Assembly: GCA_950097015.1 (NCBI GenBank)
Contig: CATNEN010000001.1
Coordinates: 10,416,001 to 10,480,000, forward strand
Source of the DNA: Macrostomum hystrix
Lineage: Eukaryota; Animalia; Platyhelminthes
Direction of reading: 5' to 3'
Length of the DNA stretch: 64,000 nt
Part shown: positions 25,606 through 43,398 of the stretch, piece by piece
Layout of the letters: every line of letters begins with the position of its first letter
How positions within the stretch are numbered: position 1 is the stretch's first letter
Translations under genes and position numbers: made by a program
The notes under the pieces: generated by a model
Seen by the model: the letters and a program-made list of their open reading frames with translations, nothing else
Database searches by the model: none
Told to the model about the DNA's origin: nothing

Positions 25606-26390
25606 AGCGGAGAGCCTCTCCACATCGCCAAATGGGAAGTGTCACACCTATCTGACCTGATGTCTTGTTACTGTAGCGACAAACAACAGCAGTTCTATTT
25701 GTTGTTTTTTGATTCAAACCTAGTGGTGACAGATTTGGCTGGCTCAGTGCTCCACATTGTGTGCTTACTCCAATTTAAGCACCCTTTGTGAGTAACGGGC
25801 TGTGCCAGCAAAATATTTGTTCTCGGTAGCAACTAAAAACTTTTGTGCCTGTCTTCGGAGACACTGGAAGTTCAAGAGCGCTCTCAGATTCCAGTAGAAA
25901 ATGTTGTCGACATCGCAGTGGTCAGTCGCCGACTGGTCGTGATGAACAAAGAGTCCGTGTATTTGATGGGACTTACTTGCAACAATCTGAATCTGCTCTG
26001 GTCTACTGATCAACCGAGTCAAGAGCCGAAGACAAACTTAGTATGACTGGTTGGTCTCGGCTTTGGATGTTTTCTCGCTTACAGCGATGCAAAAGAATGG
26101 CTGATGCCAGTGTCTACCGATGTTCTAGCTACGCGTACTACGCTACCATTTCCTAGCTTTGCTTAGGCCTATCTCCAGCAGAACTTGCTGTGCGGTCATT
26201 CGATGGCGATTCCGAAACTGTCGATTGTTCGAATATTTCTTGAATCGAATGCTATTTATATGCGTGTTGCTAACCGTCGTGCAATATGACGAACCGGCGT
26301 AGACGACCGGCGAGGACTAACTACCGGGTTTGTTTAATTAACGGACAGGAGTCAGGACAGATATTTCTTCTACTGGAGTAAGTACTAATA
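25606..26390 (+). pseudogene. Possible decayed coding segment of unknown origin
   Basis: One frame reads protein-like for about 260 codons (GEPLHIAKWEVSHL...SQIPVENVVDIAVVSRRLVVMNKESVYLM...) but has several in-frame stops; GC is higher than in the flanks. Confidence 0.35.
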
Positions 26391-27714
26391 ATTAGTAGCA
26401 CTTATTATGGCTTTCTTAGAAAACTTGGCTAGGAATTTTATCATTCTGATTTCCAATTTAATATATATTTTTACCGTTGTTCACCGTTGCTTAACTACAC
26501 TTTAATTTTTGTTTAAATATGCATACCCACCCCCAATTTTTGCTATAAATATATGCGCGCTGTAGGGAGAAAAACTAACTTTTGGGAGCTTAACCCAAGT
26601 TCAAGAATAAGATTTGCTGAATGCATGTGTTCTTTGAATAAAAATTGTTATAAAGAGGAAATAACAATGGGAATACATAAAACGTATTGGAGGGCAGTTT
26701 ATTAGGCCTATCGAGACGATAGCAAAAGGCAAGTTTTGGATAGAAATAAATATGTTGTGTTTGTCTGGTACCCTCCAATCAGTTGGAGCCTTTAAAGACT
26801 GGGTGTGATCAATAAGTATTAAAAGAATAATTCTATACAGTTAAAAGTAAAAGTGTCTTACCACTCGGGCACTTATGATTTGCTACCACAGTAATTAAAT
26901 TTATATTAAAGTGTTATACTTCCCTATAAATAGGGAAATTTTTAAAACATAACGAAAGTTGACATTTAAATAAGCATTTTTGCAGTGGATAAATATAAGT
27001 AATTTATAAAGAATAAAAATAAAGAGAAGGGCTTTACGACAACTGGTGACGGCTGTGAGATTTTAGTAAATAGCCCTACAACACAATATATTGTAAAACA
27101 AGTATTTATAAGGTAGTAGGATACTAATATATAGAGTAAAAAGCGAATATAATAGCTACAGATTAAAGGCTTGAAAAAAATTCAGATTTAGATAGTGATT
27201 GCTTGGTTAAGTTGCTTTGAAATTTTTATGTCAAATTTGCCGTACGACAAAAATTTCGAATGCTATGTTAACATAGCCGATTTGAATTTTATTTTCGTGT
27301 AGAAACCATATGAAACAGAACGACTGAAATGTACAATTTGATTATTAAAAAATTATTTTAATTCAGATTTTGAAGCAACTTATTTCTTTCTTCAATTAAA
27401 TTTTGTTATACAATTTATAAAATGCTTATTTTCAAAATATACCTCAAAAAGTAAGTTCAGCAGCTTTAAAAATGCGCACGTTTTTACACTTCACGGCTCC
27501 AAAAAGTCACCATAGAAGATTTTTGCAGGACGCAAGACTTTTTACGTTACAAAATAGCACTTTTATATGCATTTTTTATTCAGTTTCAAAAGGCTTTTTA
27601 GTTATCTATTTGGTATTTTTTCTTTTAAAGATTTTTGCGAAATCAGGTCATTTTAACTTGTTACGAAACTGTGGACCCACACTTTTACGCAACGCAATGC
27701 GCATGATGTCATCT

Positions 27715-28803
27715 TAAAGCACTTGCTAAATGCTATTTATTGACACCACACTGAAGGCCTGGCATAGCATCGTTAATAAATGGCAGCGTGAAATATAGCA
27801 AAAAACGCATAGTACCGGAACCTCGTAATTCGGTAAAATGTTAATAGCGTCAAAATACGAATTTTCGCACACTAACGAAGATGGCAGTCATCTGTACGTG
27901 TTTACTGGGCACAATAGTGCTCTTGGAAGCTAAGAACCTCATAGCGAAAATTAATATATTTTCCGCCCTATGTAGTGCTCAAATGGGTTGTTTTTGCACA
28001 AAATCACGTTTTCCGATTTTGAGAGTCAATTAAAAATTTTTTTTGCAACTGACAGACGTGAATGTCACTTTTTCTGAGAGTAGTCATCTAGATGTTTCTA
28101 ATAAGTACTAATATGGGTCATTCTTATGCTTCACCTATCCTTAGTATAGGTACAAAGTCATTATTTCATTTCCAGCAAGTCACGTGACCTGGCCTGAGGT
28201 GTACAACGCATCGTGCAATGCCAGCGAACATACACTCAAATTAAAGCACTTTTTAAATGCTAACTATTGACACCACACTGAAGGCCTGGCGTAGCATCGT
28301 TAATAAATGGCAGCGTGAAATATAGCAAAAAAAACGCATAACACCGGAACCTCGTAATTCGGTAAATGTTATTAGCGTAAAAATACGAATTTTCGCACAC
28401 TAACGAAGATAGCAGTCATCTGTACGTGTTTACTGGGCACAATAGTGCTCTTGGAAGCTAAGAACCTCATAGCGAAAATCAATAAATTTTTCACCCTATG
28501 TGTGCTCATATGGGTTGTTTTTGCACAAAATCACGTTTTTCGATTTTAAAAGTCAATTATAGCAAAATTTTGCAACTGACAGACGTGAATATCATTTTTT
28601 CTGACAGTAGTCATCTAGGTGTTTCTAATAAGTACAAATTTTGGCTCATTCTTACGCTTCACCTATCCTTAGTATAGGTACAAAGTCATTATTTCATTTC
28701 CAGCAAGTCACGTGACCTGTCCTGAGGTGTACAACGCATCGTGCAATGACAGCGAACATACATTCAAATTAAAGTACATCTAAAATGTAGTTCAATGACA
28801 CCA
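27715..28803. repeat. Tandem duplication of an about 526-bp unit (two copies plus the start of a third)
   Basis: TTAAAG(C/T)AC...TGACACCA starts at about 27715, 28241 and 28769; the two full units are collinear with scattered substitutions. Confidence 0.93.
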
Positions 28804-29327
28804 AGTGCGTCGCGCTCCGGTAATCCGTTTAAAAGTTACAGGCTAAAAAGTATGTTCGATATGCAAGCCCCCCGTACCGTCGTTAAAGTACATTTCTGTA
28901 CCGGCAGCGACTTCAATAAACTAAGACGAAATTTCAAGATATACATATTGTGCGAAATTTAGTTGTGCACCTTGCCTAAAAAGTCTGATTTTCCTAGCAC
29001 GTCGTCGTTGCTTATTTTTTGTACATTTGTATCATGAAAAATGCATAAAAATAGCCTAAATCACGTTTATCGACTTTAGCAGTGTATGGATCAGAGTCAG
29101 TGGAACGAAACGGCTCAAAATGTATTATAAACATGTAGATCTTACCTAAATGACCGCATTCATGTACTTTTTAGAGCCTCGCAACAAGGTTGAATTTCCT
29201 TTATTTCCGTTCGAATACCTACCCGTCGAATATTCGAATGTAATTAACAGGTGCGAATGTACAGTTAAAGTGAGTATCTTGGTTAAAGTCGTGCGTCATG
29301 TAAGAGTCCCAGGTGCCATCGTTAGAA

Positions 29328-29375
29328 TGACGCAGCTCAAAGGTCGCGCTGACGCGCGACCTTTGAGCTGCGTCA
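29328..29375. repeat. Perfect 22-bp inverted repeat with a 4-nt loop
   Basis: TGACGCAGCTCAAAGGTCGCGC-TGAC-GCGCGACCTTTGAGCTGCGTCA. Confidence 0.95.
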
Positions 29376-29789
29376 GTTGAAAGTTAAAAAAAATGTGCAT
29401 TTTTTGACACTTAAAAAACACACTTTTACAGAATTACCTATCAAGGTAAGCATTTAGCGGAAAATAACCAACCAGTGTCTTGAAGGTCTAAAAATTCGCC
29501 AAAAGTTGGGTTCAATCAATTTTTGACTCCATATTGTGAATCCTTATTTTTTAAGATTCAAGATTTCGATGGGTCTAAAAAAAGTCACTTTTTTGTTGCC
29601 ATGGCAACCAAGACGCGTTGCTATGGAACTTTCACGTCACTCATCTTGTAGCCCTAAATGTTTTACGTCCATAGAGGGGTCACACATGGTTTCATCTCAA
29701 GTGGTTTTAATTCTGCATCAATTTTAGTTTCTAAAACGTTGATTTTACGTTGGGGGAGTCTCCGGGACATCTTATCTCGGTCTCGTTTG

Positions 29790-29860
29790 TCCGAAAAAAT
29801 TGCCAACGAGGAGCTACGCTCGCTTCGCTCGCTTCGCTCCTCGTTGGCAATTTTTCCGGA
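29790..29860. repeat. About 25-bp inverted repeat around a GCTCGCTTC loop
   Basis: TCCGAAAAAATTGCCAACGAGGAGC...GCTCCTCGTTGGCAATTTTTCCGGA, one mismatch. Confidence 0.92.
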
Positions 29861-30875
29861 CTGCACTTCGACCTAACTAGACTAGCAAATGAACCCCATT
29901 CTGTAAGAATTGAATTTCCCCAACTATTTAAGAATTTATTCTGCTGCAAACGATTAGTAATTTCAGTTGTTAAGAAAGCACTAAGAGTTGTAGAAATACA
30001 TTTTGTGTCGAGTCACCAGAATAAAATAATATATAGAAATTTCAAAAGGCTTTAGATTTGTTTGTTAATTAGCTTTTTGTCACAATCGTCATGCCACTGC
30101 CGTCAGGTACAAGCTTTTGAGCTGTCTTATTTTAAAGCGAAGAATCAGAAATACGAGTAGCAACTAACATAGTTTTTGAAAATTATTTGTAGTTTCAAGG
30201 CACAGTTTATTTTCAAGAGAAAATAAAGAATATGCCAGTAAATATACCAGTAGCTTAACACACATCACAAAGACTCAAATAGAATCAAATCAGTTTATTT
30301 GATTCTATTTTTTGGCAACACCGGAATTATCGCCTTTTGCAAATCTTACCTAACTGTGCCCGGTAGCTTCTCGGCTTGTGTATTTCTCCACCATTTTTCC
30401 AGCCTTTCTTTTTTCCCATCTTTGATTAAATCTGAGTATTGATTTCCTTCTAGCTGGGATTGCAATTAAAAAGCTACGAAAAATGTGGCCAAGACGGTTT
30501 TACTACTATAAATAAACACGGGGAGTATTTTGGCTAAGTAGAATGAGATTAGCTAGGCTACTATACCAATATTACTCAAAAGATTTTGCTTTAACGAGGT
30601 CTTAAGTAAATTTTGCGAGTTAATTATAGTCGCACCTATATGCTTCAGAATTGCTGAAAATGCTCTTAAACTCACAGTAGGGTTTTAGTTCGGCCGGCCC
30701 TTGAAGCAAAGCTGTTAGCCGATGACGTCAACTTCATTAATATACTCTAAGTTGAAAGTACGAATTTACTGAATTTTCTGAAGTTAATTATAAAACTCCA
30801 AAACTCGAAAACACAGTGGTGTGTAACTTACTGTTTCAATTTATTGATACTACCTTTTGCTACTACAAAAAGTAC

Positions 30876-31228
30876 TAATAATTGCAGAAGGGCTACGGGC
30901 AATGGCACACCATTGGTGACACTAGACCCGCAGCCAGCGAGGAGGCAATTCTGCCCGTTTCGCTGACTCCTGAGCACACACGCACACAGATACTGTACGC
31001 AGGCACACGCTCACACAGGTGTGTACATCTGCCCTGACTTTCTCATGGTCAGGCAGTGTACACTCTCACTGTGCCTTGGAGGTTGGCACTCAAGGGCGTA
31101 AATTGCACGACAAGCCCCCAAGCCTTCTCTCCGTGGCTGCGCCCCAAACGAATGTGGCCTCGCCGTGGAATTGAACTTATGGACCGTGGTGCGAGAGGCA
31201 AAAGCGTTAAATGCTTCGCCACTGACCC
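30876..31228 (-). mobile_element. SINE family A, full-length copy
   Basis: Minus strand: GGGGTCAGTGGCGAAGC A-box, GTTCAATTCC B-box, shared body, short ATT tail. Confidence 0.9.
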
Positions 31229-31920
31229 CATACTGTACGCGAATGTACACGTACAGCCTGTCCATTTTCGGAATCCTTTAATTCTCACTATCGATTATTA
31301 TCACTAGGCTAGAAGCTCCCGTAACAGATTGTAAAGAAGGTAACGAGTAGAAAATTTACAGAATTTTGCAATATAATAGTAGAAATAAAAAATTCATTCT
31401 ATTTTATTCACATTTTGCGATTTACTATCGAGCTAATTCAGTAAAAACATGAGCTAAACATCCAAACATCCATGCAATTTGAACTATTTTCGTGCAGCAG
31501 GAAAGGCAACAACTGAGATTTCTTTCAGACAAAAAAGCAACAGATTTTTGTATCATACGGAAGAAGACAGTCAGAATTCGTGACAGTCATGTCAGAGCTT
31601 AGCCAGAAATTTGAGAGCAAAGTGAAAGCAACTATAATGCAGGCATTAGATAGGAGTTTGAAATAGAAAACATCACTGCTAGTTGTTTAATCATTTTAAA
31701 CAAAAATATTTTTAACAATAATGAATGTGTAAAAAATGCTTTGAGCAATTTATGGCTAAATTTAAAAATCATACCTCATTATAACAAAGTAAGCATAAAT
31801 AAAAACTTGCATAGAAAACATTCGTTTCTGAAACTGTCGATTGGCACGCAAATTTTAGATTCGCAACATTCGAGAAAAAAGAGAGAGTCACTTAAATAAA
31901 ACAAACAGATATGCAACTGG

Positions 31921-37058
<5,138 letters not shown>

Positions 37059-38201
37059 TTTTAATAATAATCAAACTGAAACAAGTGAATAATAAAATAC
37101 TTATCTCGATAGAAAAGAAAAAAATGAGTTATTATACGTAGCGCGTATTGAATTAAGTAAAATTAAAAGGCACGATCTATCTTACTTAAAATAAAAGTTA
37201 CAGTAGTAACCATTTAAACAAATTTTTACACCAAAAAATAAAGTTTTGAATTTATGTGACATAATATTAGTTAAATGTTGTCCTGAGTACTAAAAACATA
37301 ATAAGATACAAAATTACACTATATCAGTAAACAATTAGCATGCATTTTAAGAAGAATTCACGCCATTCACGCAGTGATATATCGCCAGGCCAGTGGGGGT
37401 AGTGGTTATTGTAGATGATTGCTAGTTTCAAATCCAAGATTCTTAAAAAATACTTGTTCTCGGTCATTTAAAGTATCTATGCCTATGCCCAAGTTCTTTA
37501 ATCGGATTTAAAGAGTACAATGTAACAGGCTACTTAATAAGTTAAAAATAAATTTAACATCTTAAAATTCAAATTAGGCCTATGCACAATGACAATGTAG
37601 CACATTTTTATATATAATGCTGTGCCTATTGCTGTTGTCTGTGAATTAAATTGTTATTTGTGAATTAATTTTTTAACATCAATAAGCCTTAACACAGAAA
37701 TTCCATAATGCTTGCCAGTTATGTTTGTAAGTAAAAAGATTAATATATATTAATATTATGAATATTATGAATATTATGAAGATGAAGAGAGTGATTAAAT
37801 ATCAGAATGACAAAATTATTGATAGATTCATAAATAAATAAAAAAGTTGAATAAAAAACTCAGACTTGAATTTTTTAAATAGCTTTACAATCTAATCTGC
37901 AAGAAGTATAATAAGGTGATGTCGTGATGATAATAAGTTCTACGTCCATAAATTGCATAATTAACTCCAAGTTAAGATTAAGATTAGGAGATTAAAGATG
38001 AGATTAAAAATTCACTTGCACACAAAATCGTTTTTCACCTTAATGGCCTTTGAACCCTATCCACTGCTTGTCTAGGATAATTTACCTTTGGTCCCCCATC
38101 AGAAAATCCTACTCATTTTACACCACAGTTGAAAAACTGAGTGTAAGTCTTAAAATGTTGTGTTTTAGCTACCTTTCATATAGACACAACATAATCCTGG
38201 G

Positions 38202-38482
38202 CATACATGCGCAACACCCGGCCGAGCCGGCCGAACCGGCCGGGTGAAACGAGGGCCAAGCAAGGTAAGTCGCAAAAACCAATCGACCAAGCGCAAAAAA
38301 ATCAAAGGGGGGACCAAGGGACAAAAAAGGAAAGCGTGAAGAAAAGGAAAAAGGGGAGAGAAAAAGAGAGCAAATGAGAGCAAACTAAGTCGTAAATAGA
38401 GCAATGAAACGAACTAAGTCGCAAATGAGAGCAAAAACTAAGTCGCAAGGCCGGCTAAGATTTGGGAGGTTGCGCATATATG
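38202..38482. mobile_element. Non-autonomous hAT-type MITE (281 bp)
   Basis: 14-bp TIRs CATACATGCGCAAC / GTTGCGCATATATG (1 mismatch); exact 8-bp TSD ATCCTGGG at 38194-38201 and 38483-38490. Confidence 0.85.
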
Positions 38483-38492
38483 ATCCTGGGTA

Positions 38493-39135
38493 GGGTAATG
38501 TATCATCAACCAAACAAGAATGTGTATTTTTTTAACTTCAAACTTAAGCTACAGATTTTCTATTTAAGATATGATGATAAATCAAAAGCCAAGTTATAGA
38601 AAACAGTTACATCTTTCTAAAAAGTATCTACTTTTGCTATTTTGTCAAATAGAATAAAAGTTATTCCTGCTTTTTATCTAAAACCGAACAATGATTTTCA
38701 TGTATCTTCAAACCAAACAGAGAATTTGATGTTTGGTTTTATAATCTAAGTGAGTGGTTTAATCTTATTTTAAGGAGTAAACTATCATGAATTATGTCAT
38801 TTGAAAGCATTTTTCATGTTCTATAAATAACTACATTTATGGTCATTTAATTGGCAAGCAACCACATACAATCTTCGTCTAAAGTACATACTGAAAAAAT
38901 GTTGTTAAAAAGTATGCTTTTGCAATAAAAATTTCTACTGAAACATCTATATCTTTCTTTCCTCTTATTGCTTCATTGCACATCATGCCTCAGCTTGTAG
39001 ATAATTTCTTCAACTTTCAAATTAGTTGTTCTGTGAAACACAATAGCTTGTTTCTGTCTTGCATGAGACCAAGGAAGGAGTCAAAATTCTTGTTCAGTTT
39101 TGAAGATACACTGTTCGGTTGATGATACATTACCC
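38493..39135 (+). mobile_element. TA-flanked MITE, copy 1 (643 bp)
   Basis: TIR GGGTAATGTATCATCAACC ... GGTTGATGATACATTACCC with TA on both sides. Confidence 0.9.
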
Positions 39136-39253
39136 TAAGGATTAGCATGCTATCTTAGAATTTTTTTAACTTTCTAGTTTGCCTAACTTGGTAATACAAA
39201 GTTAACATTTTTCGGAATTCATTATTTTGTAGTCTTTAGAGACATTTATATTA

Positions 39254-39881
39254 GGGTAATGTATCATCAACCAAACAGTGTATCTTCAAAACCAAACAAG
39301 AATTTTGATTCCTTCTTTGGTCTTGTGCAAGACAGAAACAAGCTGTTGTGTTTCACAGAACAAATAATTTGAAAGTCGAAGAAATTATCTACAAGCTGAG
39401 GCATGACATGCAATGAAGCATTAAGAGGAAAGAAAGATATTGATGTTTCAGTAAAATATTTTATCTTAAAAGCATAATTTTTCAGTATATACTTTAGACG
39501 AAGATTCTATGTGGTTGCTTGCCAATAAATGACCATAAATTTAGTTATTTATAGAGCATGAAAAATGCTTTCAAATGACATAATACATGATAGTTCACTC
39601 CTTAAAATAATATTAAACCACACACTCAAATTGTAAAACTGAACATCAAATTCTCTGTTTGGTTTGAAGATGCATGAAAATCATTGTTCGGTTTTAGATA
39701 AAATGCAGGAATAACTTTTTTCTATTGGACGAAATAGCAAAAGCAGATACTTTTTAGAAAGATATAACTGTTTTCTATAACTTGGCTTTTGATTTATCAT
39801 CATATCTTAAATAGAAAATCTGTAGCTTAGGTTTGAAGTTAAAAAAATACGCATTCTTGTTTGGTTGATGATACATTACCC
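39254..39881 (-). mobile_element. TA-flanked MITE, copy 2 (628 bp), inverted relative to copy 1
   Basis: Same TIRs and TA flanks; the interior is the reverse complement of 38493-39135 with scattered substitutions and small indels. Confidence 0.9.
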
Positions 39882-40479
39882 TAGTCTCTCACTCCTTATA
39901 CATTTTAGATTTGGCCTATGCTATGGGCTTAGCTAAGAAATATAAAAAATGCCTAGGTAGCTAATATTATAGCTAATAATTAATATTTTTAAAGTTCAAT
40001 ATATTTGTTTTTTGATATTTGTTTTGTTATGTTGGATTTATGTTAAATTTATCATTTTGTTAAAATCTAATATATTGTTTAGACATTGTATTAGCTAATT
40101 GAATTCTATAAAAAGTTCCAGAATAATGGGAATGGGATGCTAGGCCCTAATACAAATTTAAGTAATAGTAAATCAAAAACATATTTTTTTAGTTTAAATA
40201 TAGACTATTTGTACTTTTTGCTTAACTCTTTAATCATAATCTCATATCTTGATAAAAATTGGTGAGTTTGTCTGACAAGTAGCAATAACTATTTATGTCA
40301 CCAGTACTCCTTAGTTAGTATTGGGCTCATTTTGGAAGCCATATTAGGTTCAAAGTAATGTTTGTAAAATGCTCATTAAAATATAATTCTTAACACTTTG
40401 TTTCCTATCTATACCTGTAGTCAGTCTGAACAATATTAATTTTAATTGATGATGTATCCCTAATCAGGCCTAATCATCT

Positions 40480-40705
40480 AATCTGAAGGCTATGTACAAC
40501 TATTCAGTCCATGGGGGATGCAACACCCACCCTCAGTTACCTGAGCTAATGCTGTTACTTATTTTACAGCTGTGTGAACTGAAGCAATGCAGAGTTAAGT
40601 GTTTTGCTAAAGCACACAAATTGTTCTTATGGAGTTGGTAGTCTAGAATCGAACCCCTGACCTTCAAGTCATGAGACCAACACTCCAACCAATAAGGCTA
40701 AAACC
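40480..40705 (-). mobile_element. SINE family B copy
   Basis: Minus strand: TAGCCTTATTGGTTGGAG, GGTTCGATTC, CTTTAGCAAAACACTTAACTC, CAGTTCACACAGCTGTAAAA, CCATGGACTGAATAG. Confidence 0.85.
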
Positions 40706-41092
40706 TCATAAAGTTTCTAAAGCTATAGTAGCATGATAACATATAACTGCGGAAAAATAACAAAGTATATACTTTTTTCTTTTGTTCAAGATTGTAGAAC
40801 ACATCATATTAATAACAGTCTTTAAGCATGGGTCATGAATCTATGCGGCCCAAGGGAAGCATTTTTTCACCTGCTGTAAAATTGGTTTCATTTGAAGGTT
40901 AGGGTATAAATCCAGATAGGTTTATTAGCAGCCCAAGTCCATGGACTTAATAGCTGTTCAATTGACTGACTGTTTCTATTTAATTTAGAAAGTTTTCATG
41001 TAATTTCATTGGTCAAATCTGATAATTCTATACTCTCAAGCATTAAAACTAATTTTTAGTACATTTATTAAACAAAGTCAAAGTTCACAATC

Positions 41093-42801
41093 ATGGGCAT
41101 CACAAGAGACCGGACGCACAAGCGTCGCAAAACCGGCGGTAGGCGCGAGCAGTTGCGCAAGAAGCGCAAGTTTGAACTTGGCCGACCGCCCAGTCTAACC
41201 AAGATTGCCCAGGCTGGCTCAGCCAAACGGGTGCACACTGTGCGGGTACGTGGCGGCGGCATCAAACTGAGGGCATTGCGCTTAGATACGGGCAATTTTA
41301 GTTGGCCATCTCGAGGCGTTGCTAGGAAGACTCGAATTATTGACACTGTCTATAATGCTAGCAATAATGAGCTGGTGCGAACTAAGACTCTGGTCAAGAA
41401 TGCCATTGTGCTCATCGATGCTACACCATTCCGTCAATGGTTCGAATCGCACTATCTATTGCCGTTGGCTCGCAAAAAGGAGAAGAAAACTGTTGCTAAG
41501 CCGGCCGTCGGAGATAAAACCGAGGGCGACAACAAGGAGGGCGGCGAGCAGACCGCTGCAGCTCCAGCCGCTACCGCCGCTGGTGGCCCGATCTCTTTTA
41601 CTCGCAGCAAGAAAACAATGAAGAAGTATAAGGAAAGGCAGAAGAAGGTGAGCAACTTTTCAATGCGGGAGAGACTAATTAAATTTCTATGGATTCATAG
41701 TGACGATGGCAATCGAAATTCGGTTTTTAGGATTTAGGAAATAATAAGATTGATTTCCAGGAAATCGATATTGACCAGATTGAGTTCTAGGAAATCGATA
41801 ATTACCAGATTAAGTTTCCAGAAATCGATAATGACCAGATTGAGTTCCAAGAAAGTGATAATGACCAAATTGAGTTCCAGGAAATGGATAATGACCAGAT
41901 TGAGTGCTTGGAAACCGATAATGACCAGATTGAGTTCTAGGAAATCGATAATGACCAGATTGAGTGCTTAGAAGCCGATAATGACAAGATTGAGTTTTTT
42001 TGGAAACCGATAATGACCAGATTGAGTGCTTGGAAACCGATAATGACCAGATTGAGTTCTAGGAAACCGATAATGACCAGATTAAATTTCCATGAAGTCG
42101 CTACTAACCAGTTTTAGTTCCAGAAAATCGATAATGACCAGATTGAGTTCCAAGAAAGTGATAATGACCAGATTGAGATCTAGGAAATCAATAGTGACCA
42201 GATTGAGTGCTTGGAAACCGATAATGACCAGATTGAGTTCTAGGAAACCGATAATGACCAGATTGAGTGCTTGGAAACCGATAATGACCAGATTGAGTTC
42301 TAGGAAACCGATAATGACCAGATTGAGTGCTTGGAAACTGATAATGACCAGATTGAGTTCTAGGAAACCGATAATGACCAGATTGAGTGCTTAGAAACCG
42401 ATAATGATCAGATTGAGTTCTAGGAAATCGATAATGACCAGATTAAGTTCTAGGAAATCGATAATGACCAGATTATGTTCCTGGGACTTTAAACACTCAG
42501 AAAACTGGATTTCAGGCCTTTTAAAAGCCCTGTCTCTATGAAGACAGGTAATGACAGGAAGACAGGAAACCGATAATGACTCAGAAAACAGGATTTCAGG
42601 CCTTTTAAAAGCCCTGTCTTACAACCCATCGATCCCCAGGCCGAGGTGCCCCCAGCTCTGCTTGAGCAGTTCTCCAGCGGTCGCCTCTACGCGTGCATCA
42701 CCTCCCGGCCTGGTCAGTGTGGCAGGGCTGACGGCTACATTCTGGAGGGCAAAGAGTTGGACTTCTACCTGAGAAAGATTCGCGCCAAGAAGACCAAGTA
42801 A
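41093..42801 (+). CDS. RPS8: 40S ribosomal protein S8 (eS8), 2 coding exons, about 238 aa
   Basis: Exons 41093-41647 and 42640-42801 (phase 0, GT-AG). [64 protein letters not shown]; AATAAA at 42840. Confidence 0.97.
41745..42482. repeat. 30-bp minisatellite (GGAAACCGATAATGACCAGATTGAGTTCTA)n in the RPS8 intron
   Basis: About 24 units, partly alternating TTCTA/TGCTT variants. Confidence 0.95.
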
Positions 42802-43103
42802 AACTGAACTGAGTGGTGACACGACAAGATTTAAGTTGAAATAAAGGAAGGATTTTAACGAATGTCGTTATTGTTTGCACTTGTTTGCTGATTCTAAGCT
42901 GCTTTTATTGTGGAAGAAATTGTTGGCGCAGTTTTGCTGATTTAAAATACTTGAGTTATTTCACTTAATAGCCTGCTTCAGGTAATACTAAATCAATGCC
43001 TTTTGACTTTATGAAGCTATCATCGTTGATTAAGTATGAACAGATAAATTTGAACTGACCATTATTGGATTGGGACTATGAGCTCCGGGTGTATAAAATG
43101 ATC

Positions 43104-43398
43104 TGATCTCCAGGTGAGATTCCGGTAATGTCTAATCTCCAGGTGAGATTCCGTTAATGTCTAATCTCCAGGTGAGATTCTGTTAATGTCTAATCTCCAG
43201 GTGAGATTCCGTTAATGTCTAATCTCCAGGTGAGATTCCGTTAATGTCTAATCTCCAGGTGAGATTAAGGTAATGCCGAATCTCCAGGTGAGATTCCGTT
43301 AATGTCTAATCTCCAGGTGAGATTCCGTTAATGTCTAATCTCCAGGTGAGATTCCCTTAATGTCTAATCTCCAGGTGAGATTCCTGTAAAGTCTCATC
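43104..43398. repeat. 29-bp minisatellite (TCTAATCTCCAGGTGAGATTCCGTTAATG)n
   Basis: About 10 units, each with the hairpin AATCTC-CAGGT-GAGATT. Confidence 0.94.

Noticed and set aside
37206-37219. RFX X-box in the KATNAL2 promoter (GTAACCATTTAAAC)
   Set aside because: The second half-site departs from consensus and is plausible by chance in AT-rich DNA
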